Shown here in pieces: positions 40,353 to 48,347 of a DNA stretch of 64,000 nt. The stretch spans positions 46,452-110,451 of the forward strand of contig CAVOWE010000008.1 of NCBI GenBank assembly GCA_963700035.1. The letters are read 5' to 3'. The notes under the pieces were generated by a model. It was not told where the DNA came from, did no database searches, and saw only the letters and a list, made by a program, of their open reading frames with translations. Position numbers and translations under genes: made by a program. Within the stretch, counting starts at the first letter, position 1. Every line of letters starts with the position of its first letter. This stretch comes from an uncultured Thermoleophilia bacterium (GTDB lineage Bacteria; Actinomycetota; Thermoleophilia; UBA2241).

Positions 40353-41516
40353 ATGAGATTCTCACAGCGCGTGCAGAGCCTGCCGCCCTATCTGTTCGCC
40401 GGCATCGAGCGGCAGATCGCCGAGCGGCGGGCCGCCGGTGTCGACGTGATCAGCCTCGGCATCGGTGACCCCGACCTGCCCACGCCGGCGCACATCGTCG
40501 AGGCGCTCGCGCAGGGAGCCGCCGACCCTGCCACGCATCAGTACCCCAGCAACCAAGGGGAACCCGCGTTTCGCGAGGCGGTGGCCGGGTTCTACTCCAC
40601 GCGCTTCGGCGTGGAGCTCGACCCGGGCTCCGAGATCGTCCCCCTGCTCGGCGCCAAGGAGGGGATCGCCCACGTCGGGCTCGCCCTCCTCGACGAATGC
40701 GACGTGGCCCTGGCCGCCGACCCCGGCTACCCCGTGTACGTCACCGGCCCGCTGCTGGCCGGCGGTACGGCGGTGCCCCTGCCGCTCGTTCCCGAGCTGG
40801 GCTTCCAGCCCGATCTCGAGGCCGTCGAGCCGAGTGTGCTGGCCAAGGCCAGAATGGTCTTCGTGAGCTACCCCAACAACCCCACGGGAGCCGTCATCGA
40901 GGACGACTTCTTCGCACGGCTGGTCGCCTTCGCCGCCGAGAACGACCTCGTGGTGGTCCACGACAACGCCTACGCGGACATCACCTACGACGGCTACGTG
41001 GCGCCGAGCTTCCTCGAGACGCCGGGCGCCAGGGACGTGGGCGTCGAGATGCTCAGCCTTTCCAAGAGCTACAACATGACCGGCTGGCGCTCCGGCGCGA
41101 TGGTCGGCAACCGCGATGTGGTCGATGCCTACTGGCGGCTCAAGACCAACATGGACTCGGGGATGTTCGGCGCCGTGCAACGCGCCAGCGTCGCCGCGCT
41201 CAGCGGCCCGCAGGACTGCGTGCGCGAGATGTGCGGCATCTACCAGCGGCGCCGTGACCTGCTCGTGGCGGCCCTGCGGACCATCGGCATGCACGTGGAG
41301 CCGCCCAAGGGCACGATCTACCTCTGGGCGCCGGTGCCCGACGGCTACACGTCGGCCGGCTTCACAGAACAGGTGCTCGACCAGGCGGCCGTCGTGGTCA
41401 CGCCGGGGGCCGCCTACGGGGCCGGCGGCGAGGGCTACGTACGCCTCTCCCTGACGGTGCCCGACGAACGGCTGCGCGAGGCCGTCAGACGCATCGAGGA
41501 GCGAGTACGGCTCTAG
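40353..41516 (+). CDS. dapL: LL-diaminopimelate aminotransferase (class I aminotransferase)
   Basis: LPPYLFAGIERQI, LGIGDPDLPTP, and PLP-lysine region LSLSKSYNMTGWRSG. Sits directly after dapF. Confidence 0.85.
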   Translation: MRFSQRVQSLPPYLFAGIERQIAERRAAGVDVISLGIGDPDLPTPAHIVEALAQGAADPATHQYPSNQGEPAFREAVAGFYSTRFGVELDPGSEIVPLLGAKEGIAHVGLALLDECDVALAADPGYPVYVTGPLLAGGTAVPLPLVPELGFQPDLEAVEPSVLAKARMVFVSYPNNPTGAVIEDDFFARLVAFAAENDLVVVHDNAYADITYDGYVAPSFLETPGARDVGVEMLSLSKSYNMTGWRSGAMVGNRDVVDAYWRLKTNMDSGMFGAVQRASVAALSGPQDCVREMCGIYQRRRDLLVAALRTIGMHVEPPKGTIYLWAPVPDGYTSAGFTEQVLDQAAVVVTPGAAYGAGGEGYVRLSLTVPDERLREAVRRIEERVRL

Positions 41517-41526
41517 GATCCCTCAG

Positions 41527-42864
41527 GTGAGCGCCGATAGCGGCGACACCGGCGCGACCGCACCGCGACCGCGCGCCGTGGTCTTCGCGGTGATGCCCGG
41601 GGGGCTCGGCGAGCCCGGGGCAGAGGAGCCGCTCAACGAGATCAAGGAGCTGCTGAGCTCCGCCGACATCGACTGGGTCGGCGACGTGCTCCAGCGTAAG
41701 GAACGACCGCATCCGCACTCGTATCTCGGCAAGGGCAAGCTCGTCGAGCTCGCGGAAGCCGTCAGAGAGAGCGGCGCCACCGTGGCGGTCTGCGAGGACG
41801 ACCTGAGCCCGGGCCAGGTGGCGGCCGTGCTCGACGCCGTCGACGTCGACGTCCTCGACCGCACCGAGCTCATCCTCACCGTGTTCAGCAAGCACGCACA
41901 CTCCATGGAGGGCACGATGCAGGTGCACCTTGCGCAGCTGGAGTACGAGCTCACGCGGATGCGCGGCAAGGGCCACATCCTTTCCCGGCTCGGCGCCGGC
42001 GTGAACATGCGCGGCCCCGGTGAGACCAAGCTGGAGGTGGACCGGCGCGTCGTGCGTCAGCGCATCCAGACGCTGCGCCGGCGCATCGACCACATGGCCA
42101 GGACGCGGCGCACGCAGCGCGCCCGCCGCCTGCGCGCCGCGGTCCCGCTCGTCGCCCTCGCCGGTTACACCAACGCCGGCAAGTCGACGCTCCTCAACGC
42201 GCTCACCGACGCCGACGTCTCGGTGCGCGACAGGCTCTTCGAGACCCTCGATCCCACCTCGCGCTCGTACCGCTTCCGCGACCGCGACTACGTGCTCACC
42301 GACACCGTGGGCTTCATCCGCAAGCTGCCGCACTCACTGGTCGACGCGTTCGCCTCCACCCTCGAAGAGACGACCCTGGCCGACGTCATCCTGGTCGTCG
42401 CGGACGCCCATCTCGAGCCCTCGGAGATCGCGGCCCGCGAGCAGACCGTGGCCGACGTCCTCGACATGCTGGGCGCGCGGGCGCCGCGCATCGTCGTCTT
42501 CAACAAGACCGACCTCGCCGACCCCGGCAAGCTGGCGCGCCTGCGGGCGCTCTACCCGGAGGCCGAGTTCGTCGCCGCGGCACGCGGCGAGGGCCTCGGC
42601 CGGCTGCAGGAGCGCCTGGCCGACTTCTTCGACCGCGCCCTGCGGCCGGTGCGCCTGCTCTTCCCGTACGCCGCCGCCGCCGACATGCACCGCCTGCGCG
42701 GCGTCGCCAGCGACGTTCGCGAGGAGCACACCGCCGAGGGCGTGGTCTTCACGGCGCGGCTGCCCGTGGCCGAAGCCGGGCGCTACGCGCGCTACAGCCT
42801 CGACGCGACGGTGGTGGAGGCTGCCGGCGAGGAGGACGAGGAGGAGGCCGACGGTGAGGTCTGA
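41527..42864 (+). CDS. hflX: GTPase HflX
   Basis: [13 protein letters not shown]1 [24 protein letters not shown]. Confidence 0.92.
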   Translation: MSADSGDTGATAPRPRAVVFAVMPGGLGEPGAEEPLNEIKELLSSADIDWVGDVLQRKERPHPHSYLGKGKLVELAEAVRESGATVAVCEDDLSPGQVAAVLDAVDVDVLDRTELILTVFSKHAHSMEGTMQVHLAQLEYELTRMRGKGHILSRLGAGVNMRGPGETKLEVDRRVVRQRIQTLRRRIDHMARTRRTQRARRLRAAVPLVALAGYTNAGKSTLLNALTDADVSVRDRLFETLDPTSRSYRFRDRDYVLTDTVGFIRKLPHSLVDAFASTLEETTLADVILVVADAHLEPSEIAAREQTVADVLDMLGARAPRIVVFNKTDLADPGKLARLRALYPEAEFVAAARGEGLGRLQERLADFFDRALRPVRLLFPYAAAADMHRLRGVASDVREEHTAEGVVFTARLPVAEAGRYARYSLDATVVEAAGEEDEEEADGEV

Positions 42865-43343
42865 GCTCCGCGACGACGCGCTCGACGGACCGGACGGGGT
42901 GAGCGTGCCCGTCAAGCTCCTGAGCGTGTCGGCACGCCTGCCCGAGCGCGCCTACGAGCACGACGCCGCCTACGACCTGTACGCGGCCGAGGAGCTCGTC
43001 ATCGAGCCGCTGGGCCGCGCCGTCGTGGGCACCGGCGTCGTCCTGGGGCTTCCTCCGGGTCTGGCGGCCCTCACGCTGCCGCGTTCGGGCCTCGCCGCCC
43101 GGCACGGCATCTCCATCGTGAACGCCCCCGGCCTCATCGATCCGGGGTATCGTGGTGAGGTGCGCGTCATCCTCCTCAACAGCGATCGCGACGAGGCCTT
43201 CCACGTGGCTGTGGGCGATCGCATCGCACAGCTGCTGTTCCTGCCGCTGACCAAGGTGGAGCTGGCGACCTACCGACGAGCTCGACCAGACGGAACGCGG
43301 CCCGCAGGGCTTCGGCTCCAGTGGAAGAGGGGAGAGGGCATGA
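42854..43343 (+). pseudogene. dut: dUTP diphosphatase, one frameshift near 43270-43275
   Basis: AYDLYA, PRSGLAARHGI, GLIDPGYRGEV and IAQL motifs. The conserved C-terminal DELDQTERGPQGFGSSG is in the next frame, ending at the TGA at 43341-43343. Confidence 0.85.
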
Positions 43344-43828
43344 CCCAGGACGTCACCCGCGACCCGGCCCCGGACGTCGCCGGGTCGCCGGACAAGCCTA
43401 CTATTCGTGTAGCAGGACTGCTCGTGTACGAGGGTCGCATCTTGATGGTGGAACAGGGGCGTGGGGAAGAGACGTACTGGCTCCTCCCCGGCGGCGGTGT
43501 GCACTTCGGCGAGACGCTGGCCGATGCCGTGCGCCGCGAATTCGACGAAGAGCTCAAACTCCGCGTGGGCGTCTACAAGCTCCTCGCCATCGTCGAGTCG
43601 ATCTCGCCCGATCCGGACTACGCCAAGCACGTCGTGCACCTGGTCTTCGAGGTCTCGGCGCCTCACGAGGTGATCCCCCAGCCATCGGACGTCAAAGTGC
43701 TCAAGGCCGCATTCCTCGACGAGATGCAACTGCAGAGTGCCGACGTGCGCCCGCCTATCACCGAGTTCCTCAGCGCCTGCGTGCGCGAGCTGCCATCGTC
43801 GCCTCAATACCTCGGGCGGCGCTGGTAG
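43340..43828 (+). CDS. Nudix hydrolase
   Basis: Nudix box GGGVHFGETLADAVRREFDEELKL. The ATG overlaps the dut stop (ATGA). Confidence 0.85.
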   Translation: MTQDVTRDPAPDVAGSPDKPTIRVAGLLVYEGRILMVEQGRGEETYWLLPGGGVHFGETLADAVRREFDEELKLRVGVYKLLAIVESISPDPDYAKHVVHLVFEVSAPHEVIPQPSDVKVLKAAFLDEMQLQSADVRPPITEFLSACVRELPSSPQYLGRRW

Positions 43829-44348
43829 AGGACCCCTGTCCTCGCCGCCCGCGGCCGCTCTGCGCTCGAGAGTAACGCACGATAATCTCCGTTATGTAAA
43901 GCTAGGCCCGAAGTGACAGCTCGGGCCGCCTGCCGGCGCCCAACGCCCCCTCTTCTCCGAGCCGCCCGCCTCTCTCCCCTGTGCCGGTCCCGTGTCCCGG
44001 TGATACGCACCACTTGCGCCGTACTCGCTCGCTGTGCAGGAACGACGGCCATCCGCGACGCCGACGTTGGCCCTGACATGCGCGCGTACCGCCGGCGCAT
44101 CCCGGCTACTCGCTCCCCGTGCAGTGCGAGCTTGGTGATTCGCCGTGGGCCTCTCGCAGCTGTTCGGGATCTCGGCCGATCAGCCGAAGATGACGTCCGA
44201 GATGCTGTGAGAACGGCAGAAGCCGTTCGTCACCGCCGGCAGTGGCGCCTCGGAGCGGAGTCAGTGGCGTGCGCCAGGCCTCGCGAATACGAACGTATGT
44301 TCGCTACCGGCGGCGGGACGACGAACCTGCTCCTGCGCCGGACCGGCC

Positions 44349-44877
44349 TCAGTACTTGATCAGGCTGAAGACGTCGTAGCCTTGAAGCTTGCTGCGTCCG
44401 TTCAAGGGCGCCGAGCTCGATGATGAAGGCGACGCCGACGACCGTGCCGCCGAGCTGCTCGACCAGGTCGATCTTGGCCCGGGCGGTGCCGCCGGTGGCC
44501 AGAAGATCGTCGTGCACGAGCACGTTCTGGCCGGGCTTGATGGCGTCGGCGTGGATCTCGAGCCTGTCGGTGCCGTACTCGAGGTCGTACTCGGCGGAGA
44601 TGGTGGTGTGCGGCAACTTGCCGGGCTTGCGCGCGCAGACGAAGCCGGCGCCGAGGCCGTAGGCCACGGCGGCGCCGAGGATGAACCCGCGCGCTTCGGC
44701 GCCCATCACGATATCGATGTGCTTGCCCGTGCCGTATTCGACCAGGCGGTCGACGGCCTCGCGCAGGGCCACGGGATCCTGCAGCAGCGGCATGATATCG
44801 CGGAAGAGGATGCCTTCTTTGGGGAAATCCGGGATGTCGCGCACGTGCGCGCTGAGGTCGATACGGCCATCGGTCAT
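44349..44877 (-). pseudogene. apt: adenine phosphoribosyltransferase, one frameshift near 44400
   Basis: [12 protein letters not shown] and the PRPP motif [13 protein letters not shown]. After FIIELGAL the expected [16 protein letters not shown] is in another frame, ending at 44349. Confidence 0.85.
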
Positions 44878-44899
44878 GAGGTTCTCCTTGAGGATGCGC

Positions 44900-45631
44900 T
44901 CAGCGCCCGCGGGGGCCGGCGGTGAGGCGGCGCACGCCGCGGGCGAGGAGCAGCTGGCGGAGCTGCGTGGTCGCCTGCACGATGTCGTCGAGCTGCTCGA
45001 GGCCTTCGCGGCGACGCTCCTGCCGGTTGGACTTGAGCGCCGGCAGCAGCACCTGCTCGATGAGGCCGATCTCGCGGTCGACGGCGCTCTTCACCACGCG
45101 GAGGTTCTTGGGCCGCAGCCCGAGCAGCGCCAGCTGCGCAGCGGCCCCCACGATCCCGGCGTCGGTCTCGGTGTAGCGGCGCACGCCGCTGACCTGGCGG
45201 GCGCCCACGAGCTCGTACTCCTCGAGCTCGGCGAGCAGCGTAGCGTCGGCGCCGGTCATCTGCTGGATCTCCTCGGCCGTGTACTCGCGCTCCTCCCCCA
45301 CCGCCACCAGATCGGTCTTGCGCAGCCCCTGGCGCGCCGAGGGCAGCGGGCTTGCCGGGTTGCGTTCGAGCTCCCGGCGGATGACCTTGAGGGGCAGGTA
45401 CTCGTCGCGCTGCATGCCGAGGACGCGCACGAGGCGCCCGAGATCGTCGTGCGAGTAGAGCCGGTAGCCGGACTTCGTGCGGCGCGGCGTGACCAGACCC
45501 TGCTCCTCGAGGTAGCGCAGCTTGCTGACGCTGATGTCGGGGAACTCGCCGCGCAGACGGTCGACGACGGAGCCGATCGTGAGCAGCTTCTCGGCGCCCA
45601 CGTCGAACAGGAGCTCGGCGGCGTCGTTCAC
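44900..45631 (-). CDS. MerR-family transcriptional regulator (FtsR-like; conserved neighbour of garA/odhI in Actinobacteria)
   Basis: [45 protein letters not shown] plus a second MerR-like repeat. GTG overlaps the FHA gene stop (GTGA). Confidence 0.8.
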   Translation of the reverse strand: MNDAAELLFDVGAEKLLTIGSVVDRLRGEFPDISVSKLRYLEEQGLVTPRRTKSGYRLYSHDDLGRLVRVLGMQRDEYLPLKVIRRELERNPASPLPSARQGLRKTDLVAVGEEREYTAEEIQQMTGADATLLAELEEYELVGARQVSGVRRYTETDAGIVGAAAQLALLGLRPKNLRVVKSAVDREIGLIEQVLLPALKSNRQERRREGLEQLDDIVQATTQLRQLLLARGVRRLTAGPRGR

Positions 45632-46086
45632 GACGGCACGAGGAACGTGAACTTGTACTTGCCGATCTGGATCTCGTCCCCGTCGGCGAGCGCGACACGG
45701 TCGCCGCGGCGGCGGTTGACGTAGGTGCCGTTGAGGCTGCCTTCGTCGACGATGACCCAGGTGTCGCCGACGCGCTCGACGTGCGCGTGGTCGCGCGACA
45801 CGGTGACGTCGTCGAGGAAGATGGCGGCGTCGGGGTGGCGGCCGATGGCGACACGGGCGCCGCGCAGCGGGTACGTCTCGCCGGCGCGGCCGCCGCCGCT
45901 GCGGATGACGAGGCACGCCTCGTCGCCGGCGACGGCGGCGAGCGCGTTGGGCTCGCCCTCCTCGTCGCCGGGGACGTAGCTGATCGTGGTGGCGGACTCG
46001 GGCTGGTCGGCGATGAGGCTGGCGCCGCAGCGCACGCAGAAGCTGGCTCCCTCCGAGTTCCGGATGCCACACTCGGGGCAGAACAC
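45628..46086 (-). CDS. FHA-domain protein related to GarA/OdhI with an added N-terminal zinc ribbon
   Basis: CPECG...CVRCG ribbon. ATTIS segment where GarA has ETTS. FHA core GRHPDAAIFLDDVTVSRDHA...SLNGTYVNR...GDEIQIGKYKFTFL is very close to mycobacterial GarA as I recall it. Confidence 0.85.
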   Translation of the reverse strand: MFCPECGIRNSEGASFCVRCGASLIADQPESATTISYVPGDEEGEPNALAAVAGDEACLVIRSGGGRAGETYPLRGARVAIGRHPDAAIFLDDVTVSRDHAHVERVGDTWVIVDEGSLNGTYVNRRRGDRVALADGDEIQIGKYKFTFLVPS

Positions 46087-46087
46087 T

Positions 46088-46384
46088 TCAGCCCTCCCCG
46101 GGTTCCTCGGCGGCCGGCGAGGCTTCGCCGGCCGGCTCGTCGTCCCCCGGCCCCAGGCCCGCGAGGATGCGCGAGAGCCGCTGTACGTCGTCGGCGGAGA
46201 TGACGGCCTCCCCCTGGCTGTGCTTGCGCTGGAGGCGCATCACGACCTCCGCGCGCAGGATGTCGAGCTTGCCGTGAAGGATGCGGCGGCGGCGCGATAT
46301 GTCGCGCTCCTCGGCCTCGAGCTCGGCGACGAGGGTGCGCAGTTCGTCGTCAGATCGCGAAACGAGGTCGACGATATCGTCCAT
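46088..46384 (-). CDS. small coiled-coil protein, RsiG-like (single putative c-di-GMP-binding motif)
   Basis: 98 aa from ATG 46384 with a strong GGAGGAGA RBS. ELEAEERDISRRRRILHGKLDILRAE matches E-x3-S-x2-R-x3-(Q/H)-x3-D. The stop lies 1 nt before the FHA gene GTG. Confidence 0.55.
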   Translation of the reverse strand: MDDIVDLVSRSDDELRTLVAELEAEERDISRRRRILHGKLDILRAEVVMRLQRKHSQGEAVISADDVQRLSRILAGLGPGDDEPAGEASPAAEEPGEG

Positions 46385-46440
46385 GGCGCATCTCCTCCGC
46401 GGGCGTGAGGTCTGGGGTGCGAATAGTACCCGACACGCCT

Positions 46441-47043
46441 TCAACGTTCAAGTTCAGGTTGAGGCGGCTCACGCGGATCTGGGTGGCCGTAGCGGGCGGT
46501 GCCGGGCTGCGTCTCGACGCGCACGATGTCGCGTGCCACCAGCCTCTGCAGGGCCTTGAGGGCGTCGTATTCGTCGGCATCCCCACCCTCCAGAAGGCCC
46601 TCGACGATTTCACCGAGGACGCGTGCTCGGCGGCGACGGTAGACGAGGACGCGCGCCTCGAGCTCGTCTTCCGCCTCCCCGGCGACCACTCGCACGCGCG
46701 CCGACGCCGGCAGCTCGGCGCGCAACCGGCGCGTCTCGTCGAGGCGCCGCATGGCCTCCATGAGCAGCGTCGCGGTAGGCAAGTCGCAGCTCTCGTCGGC
46801 GAGCTCGGCGGCGGGATCGAAGTCGAAGGCGCCCTCCTTGACGGCCAGCAGGGCGTAGAAGGCCTTCTCGGCGCCGAGCTCGCCGCACACGGCGCCGACC
46901 AGGCGGCCGTCACGGAACGAGAGCTCGCCGCACGCTGCTCCGGTTTCGTCGAACAGCGTGAGACGACCGGTCTTGCCGCCCAGCGAGGTCATCTCGACGA
47001 GATCGGCCAGCGGCAGCTCGGCGAGACTGCCCTTCAGGCCCAT
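46441..47043 (-). CDS. DUF4388 / PATAN-domain protein
   Basis: MGLKGSLAELPLADLVEMTSLGGKTGRLTLF...GELSFRDGRLVGA...GEKAFYALLAVKEGAFDF is the typical DUF4388 signature. The C-terminal 70 aa may be a winged helix (inference). Confidence 0.8.
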   Translation of the reverse strand: MGLKGSLAELPLADLVEMTSLGGKTGRLTLFDETGAACGELSFRDGRLVGAVCGELGAEKAFYALLAVKEGAFDFDPAAELADESCDLPTATLLMEAMRRLDETRRLRAELPASARVRVVAGEAEDELEARVLVYRRRRARVLGEIVEGLLEGGDADEYDALKALQRLVARDIVRVETQPGTARYGHPDPREPPQPELER

Positions 47044-47260
47044 ATGAGCGAGGGTCCTTCGGTCATCGGGAGTGCATCACCATCCTGCAGGTAGCTTCGC
47101 AGCCGCACGGCTCGTTCCTGCAGCCAGGGCTCATGCTTTGCCGCCCGTGCGACGATAAAGAAGGCGCGGGCGCACTCTGGTGCGAGCTGGGCCTGGTATA
47201 TACTTCGCTGGCCGCGCGTGCGTACCCTGATGCCGGCGGCCTCGACCTGGAGGAGCGTGC

Positions 47261-47746
47261 GTGGCGCGACGCAAGGGACTCGTCATCAACGACCGGCAGC
47301 TCGACCGCTGCGACGAGCTGCTGCAGAAGCTCAAGGAGATCTCGGGCTCGAGCTTCTTGGCCCTCATCAGCACGTCCGGTCAGCCCATCACCACGGCCTC
47401 CGACACGTACCACCCCGAGACGCTCTCCCTGGCTTCTCTGGCGGCGAGCTCGTTCGCGGCCACGCAGCAGCTCGCCGGCATCCTCGACGAGCACGAGTTC
47501 ACCCTGCTCTTCCACGAGGGCAAGTCGCTCAACCTGCACGTCTCCCAGGTCACCGACCAGGTGCTGCTCATCGTCACCTTCGGGCGCGAGACGCAGGTAG
47601 GCAAGGTCCGTCTGTACACGCAACGCGCCATCGAGGTCCTCCGCCAGATCTTCGAAGGCCCGGAGGACGAGAACCCGCCGGCCATGGACGTCGACTTCGA
47701 GAGCGCCGCCGGCGACGCCATGGACGACCTCTTCAAGGACGGGTGA
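47261..47746 (+). CDS. mglB: Roadblock/LC7-domain protein, MglB-like GTPase-activating partner
   Basis: 161 aa. LASLAASSFAATQQLAGILDEHEFTLLFHEGK...LLIVTFGRETQVGKVRLY and an acidic tail DAMDDLF parallel M. xanthus MglB. GGAGGAG RBS. Confidence 0.8.
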   Translation: MARRKGLVINDRQLDRCDELLQKLKEISGSSFLALISTSGQPITTASDTYHPETLSLASLAASSFAATQQLAGILDEHEFTLLFHEGKSLNLHVSQVTDQVLLIVTFGRETQVGKVRLYTQRAIEVLRQIFEGPEDENPPAMDVDFESAAGDAMDDLFKDG

Positions 47747-47756
47747 GGCCCTCCTC

Positions 47757-48335
47757 ATGCCGCTCATCAACTTCGCCGCCCGCGAGATCAACTACAAGAT
47801 CGTCTACTACGGCTGCGGCCTCTGCGGCAAGACGACCAACCTCCAGTACATCCACCGCAAGATCAACCCCGACGCGCGCGGCAAGCTGGTGAGCATCGCC
47901 ACCGAGGAGGAGCGCACGCTCTACTTCGACTTCCTGCCGCTCACGCTGGGCACGGTCAAGGGCATGCAGACACGGTTCCACCTCTACACGGTTCCCGGCC
48001 AGAGCTACTACAACGCCAGCCGCAAGCTGGTGCTGCAGGGCGTCGACGGCGTGATCTTCGTGGCCGATTCGCAGATCACGCGCCTCGACGAGAACGTCGA
48101 GAGCTACCTCAACCTCTGGGACAACCTGCTCGGCCAGGGCGACGACCTCAGCAAGCTGGGCTTCGTCATCCAGATGAACAAGCGCGACCTCGGCGACATC
48201 TTCTCGGTCGAGGACCTGAACGAGCTGCTCAACCACACCGCGTCGCCGGTCACCGAGTCCAGCGCGATCACCGGCGAGGGCGTCTTCGAGACGCTCAAGG
48301 TGGTCTGCAAGCAGGTCATCGCGAAGACCGGCTGA
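47757..48335 (+). CDS. mglA: MglA-type Ras-like small GTPase
   Basis: INFAAREINYKIVYYGCGLCGKTTNLQYIH, RTLYFDFLPL, RFHLYTVPGQ, VADSQ and NKRDL. Near-collinear with Myxococcus MglA as I recall it. Confidence 0.9.
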   Translation: MPLINFAAREINYKIVYYGCGLCGKTTNLQYIHRKINPDARGKLVSIATEEERTLYFDFLPLTLGTVKGMQTRFHLYTVPGQSYYNASRKLVLQGVDGVIFVADSQITRLDENVESYLNLWDNLLGQGDDLSKLGFVIQMNKRDLGDIFSVEDLNELLNHTASPVTESSAITGEGVFETLKVVCKQVIAKTG

Positions 48336-48347
48336 AGCTCCCCCGCT

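Noticed and set aside
43804-44359. ORFs 43913..44359 (+, 148 aa) and 43804..44100 (-, 98 aa) as genes filling the nudix-apt gap.
   Set aside because: Both are Arg/Ala/Pro-rich with no motif and no SD. The 3' part of the minus-strand reading is just read-through of the frameshifted apt.
47261-48335. Interpreting the Roadblock + GTPase pair as an actinobacterial conservon (cvnB/cvnD).
   Set aside because: No CvnA-type sensor kinase or DUF742 (CvnC) gene is adjacent. The GTPase has MglA hallmarks (INF..REIN.KIVYYG.GLCGKTTNLQYI, TVPGQ) rather than CvnD features.
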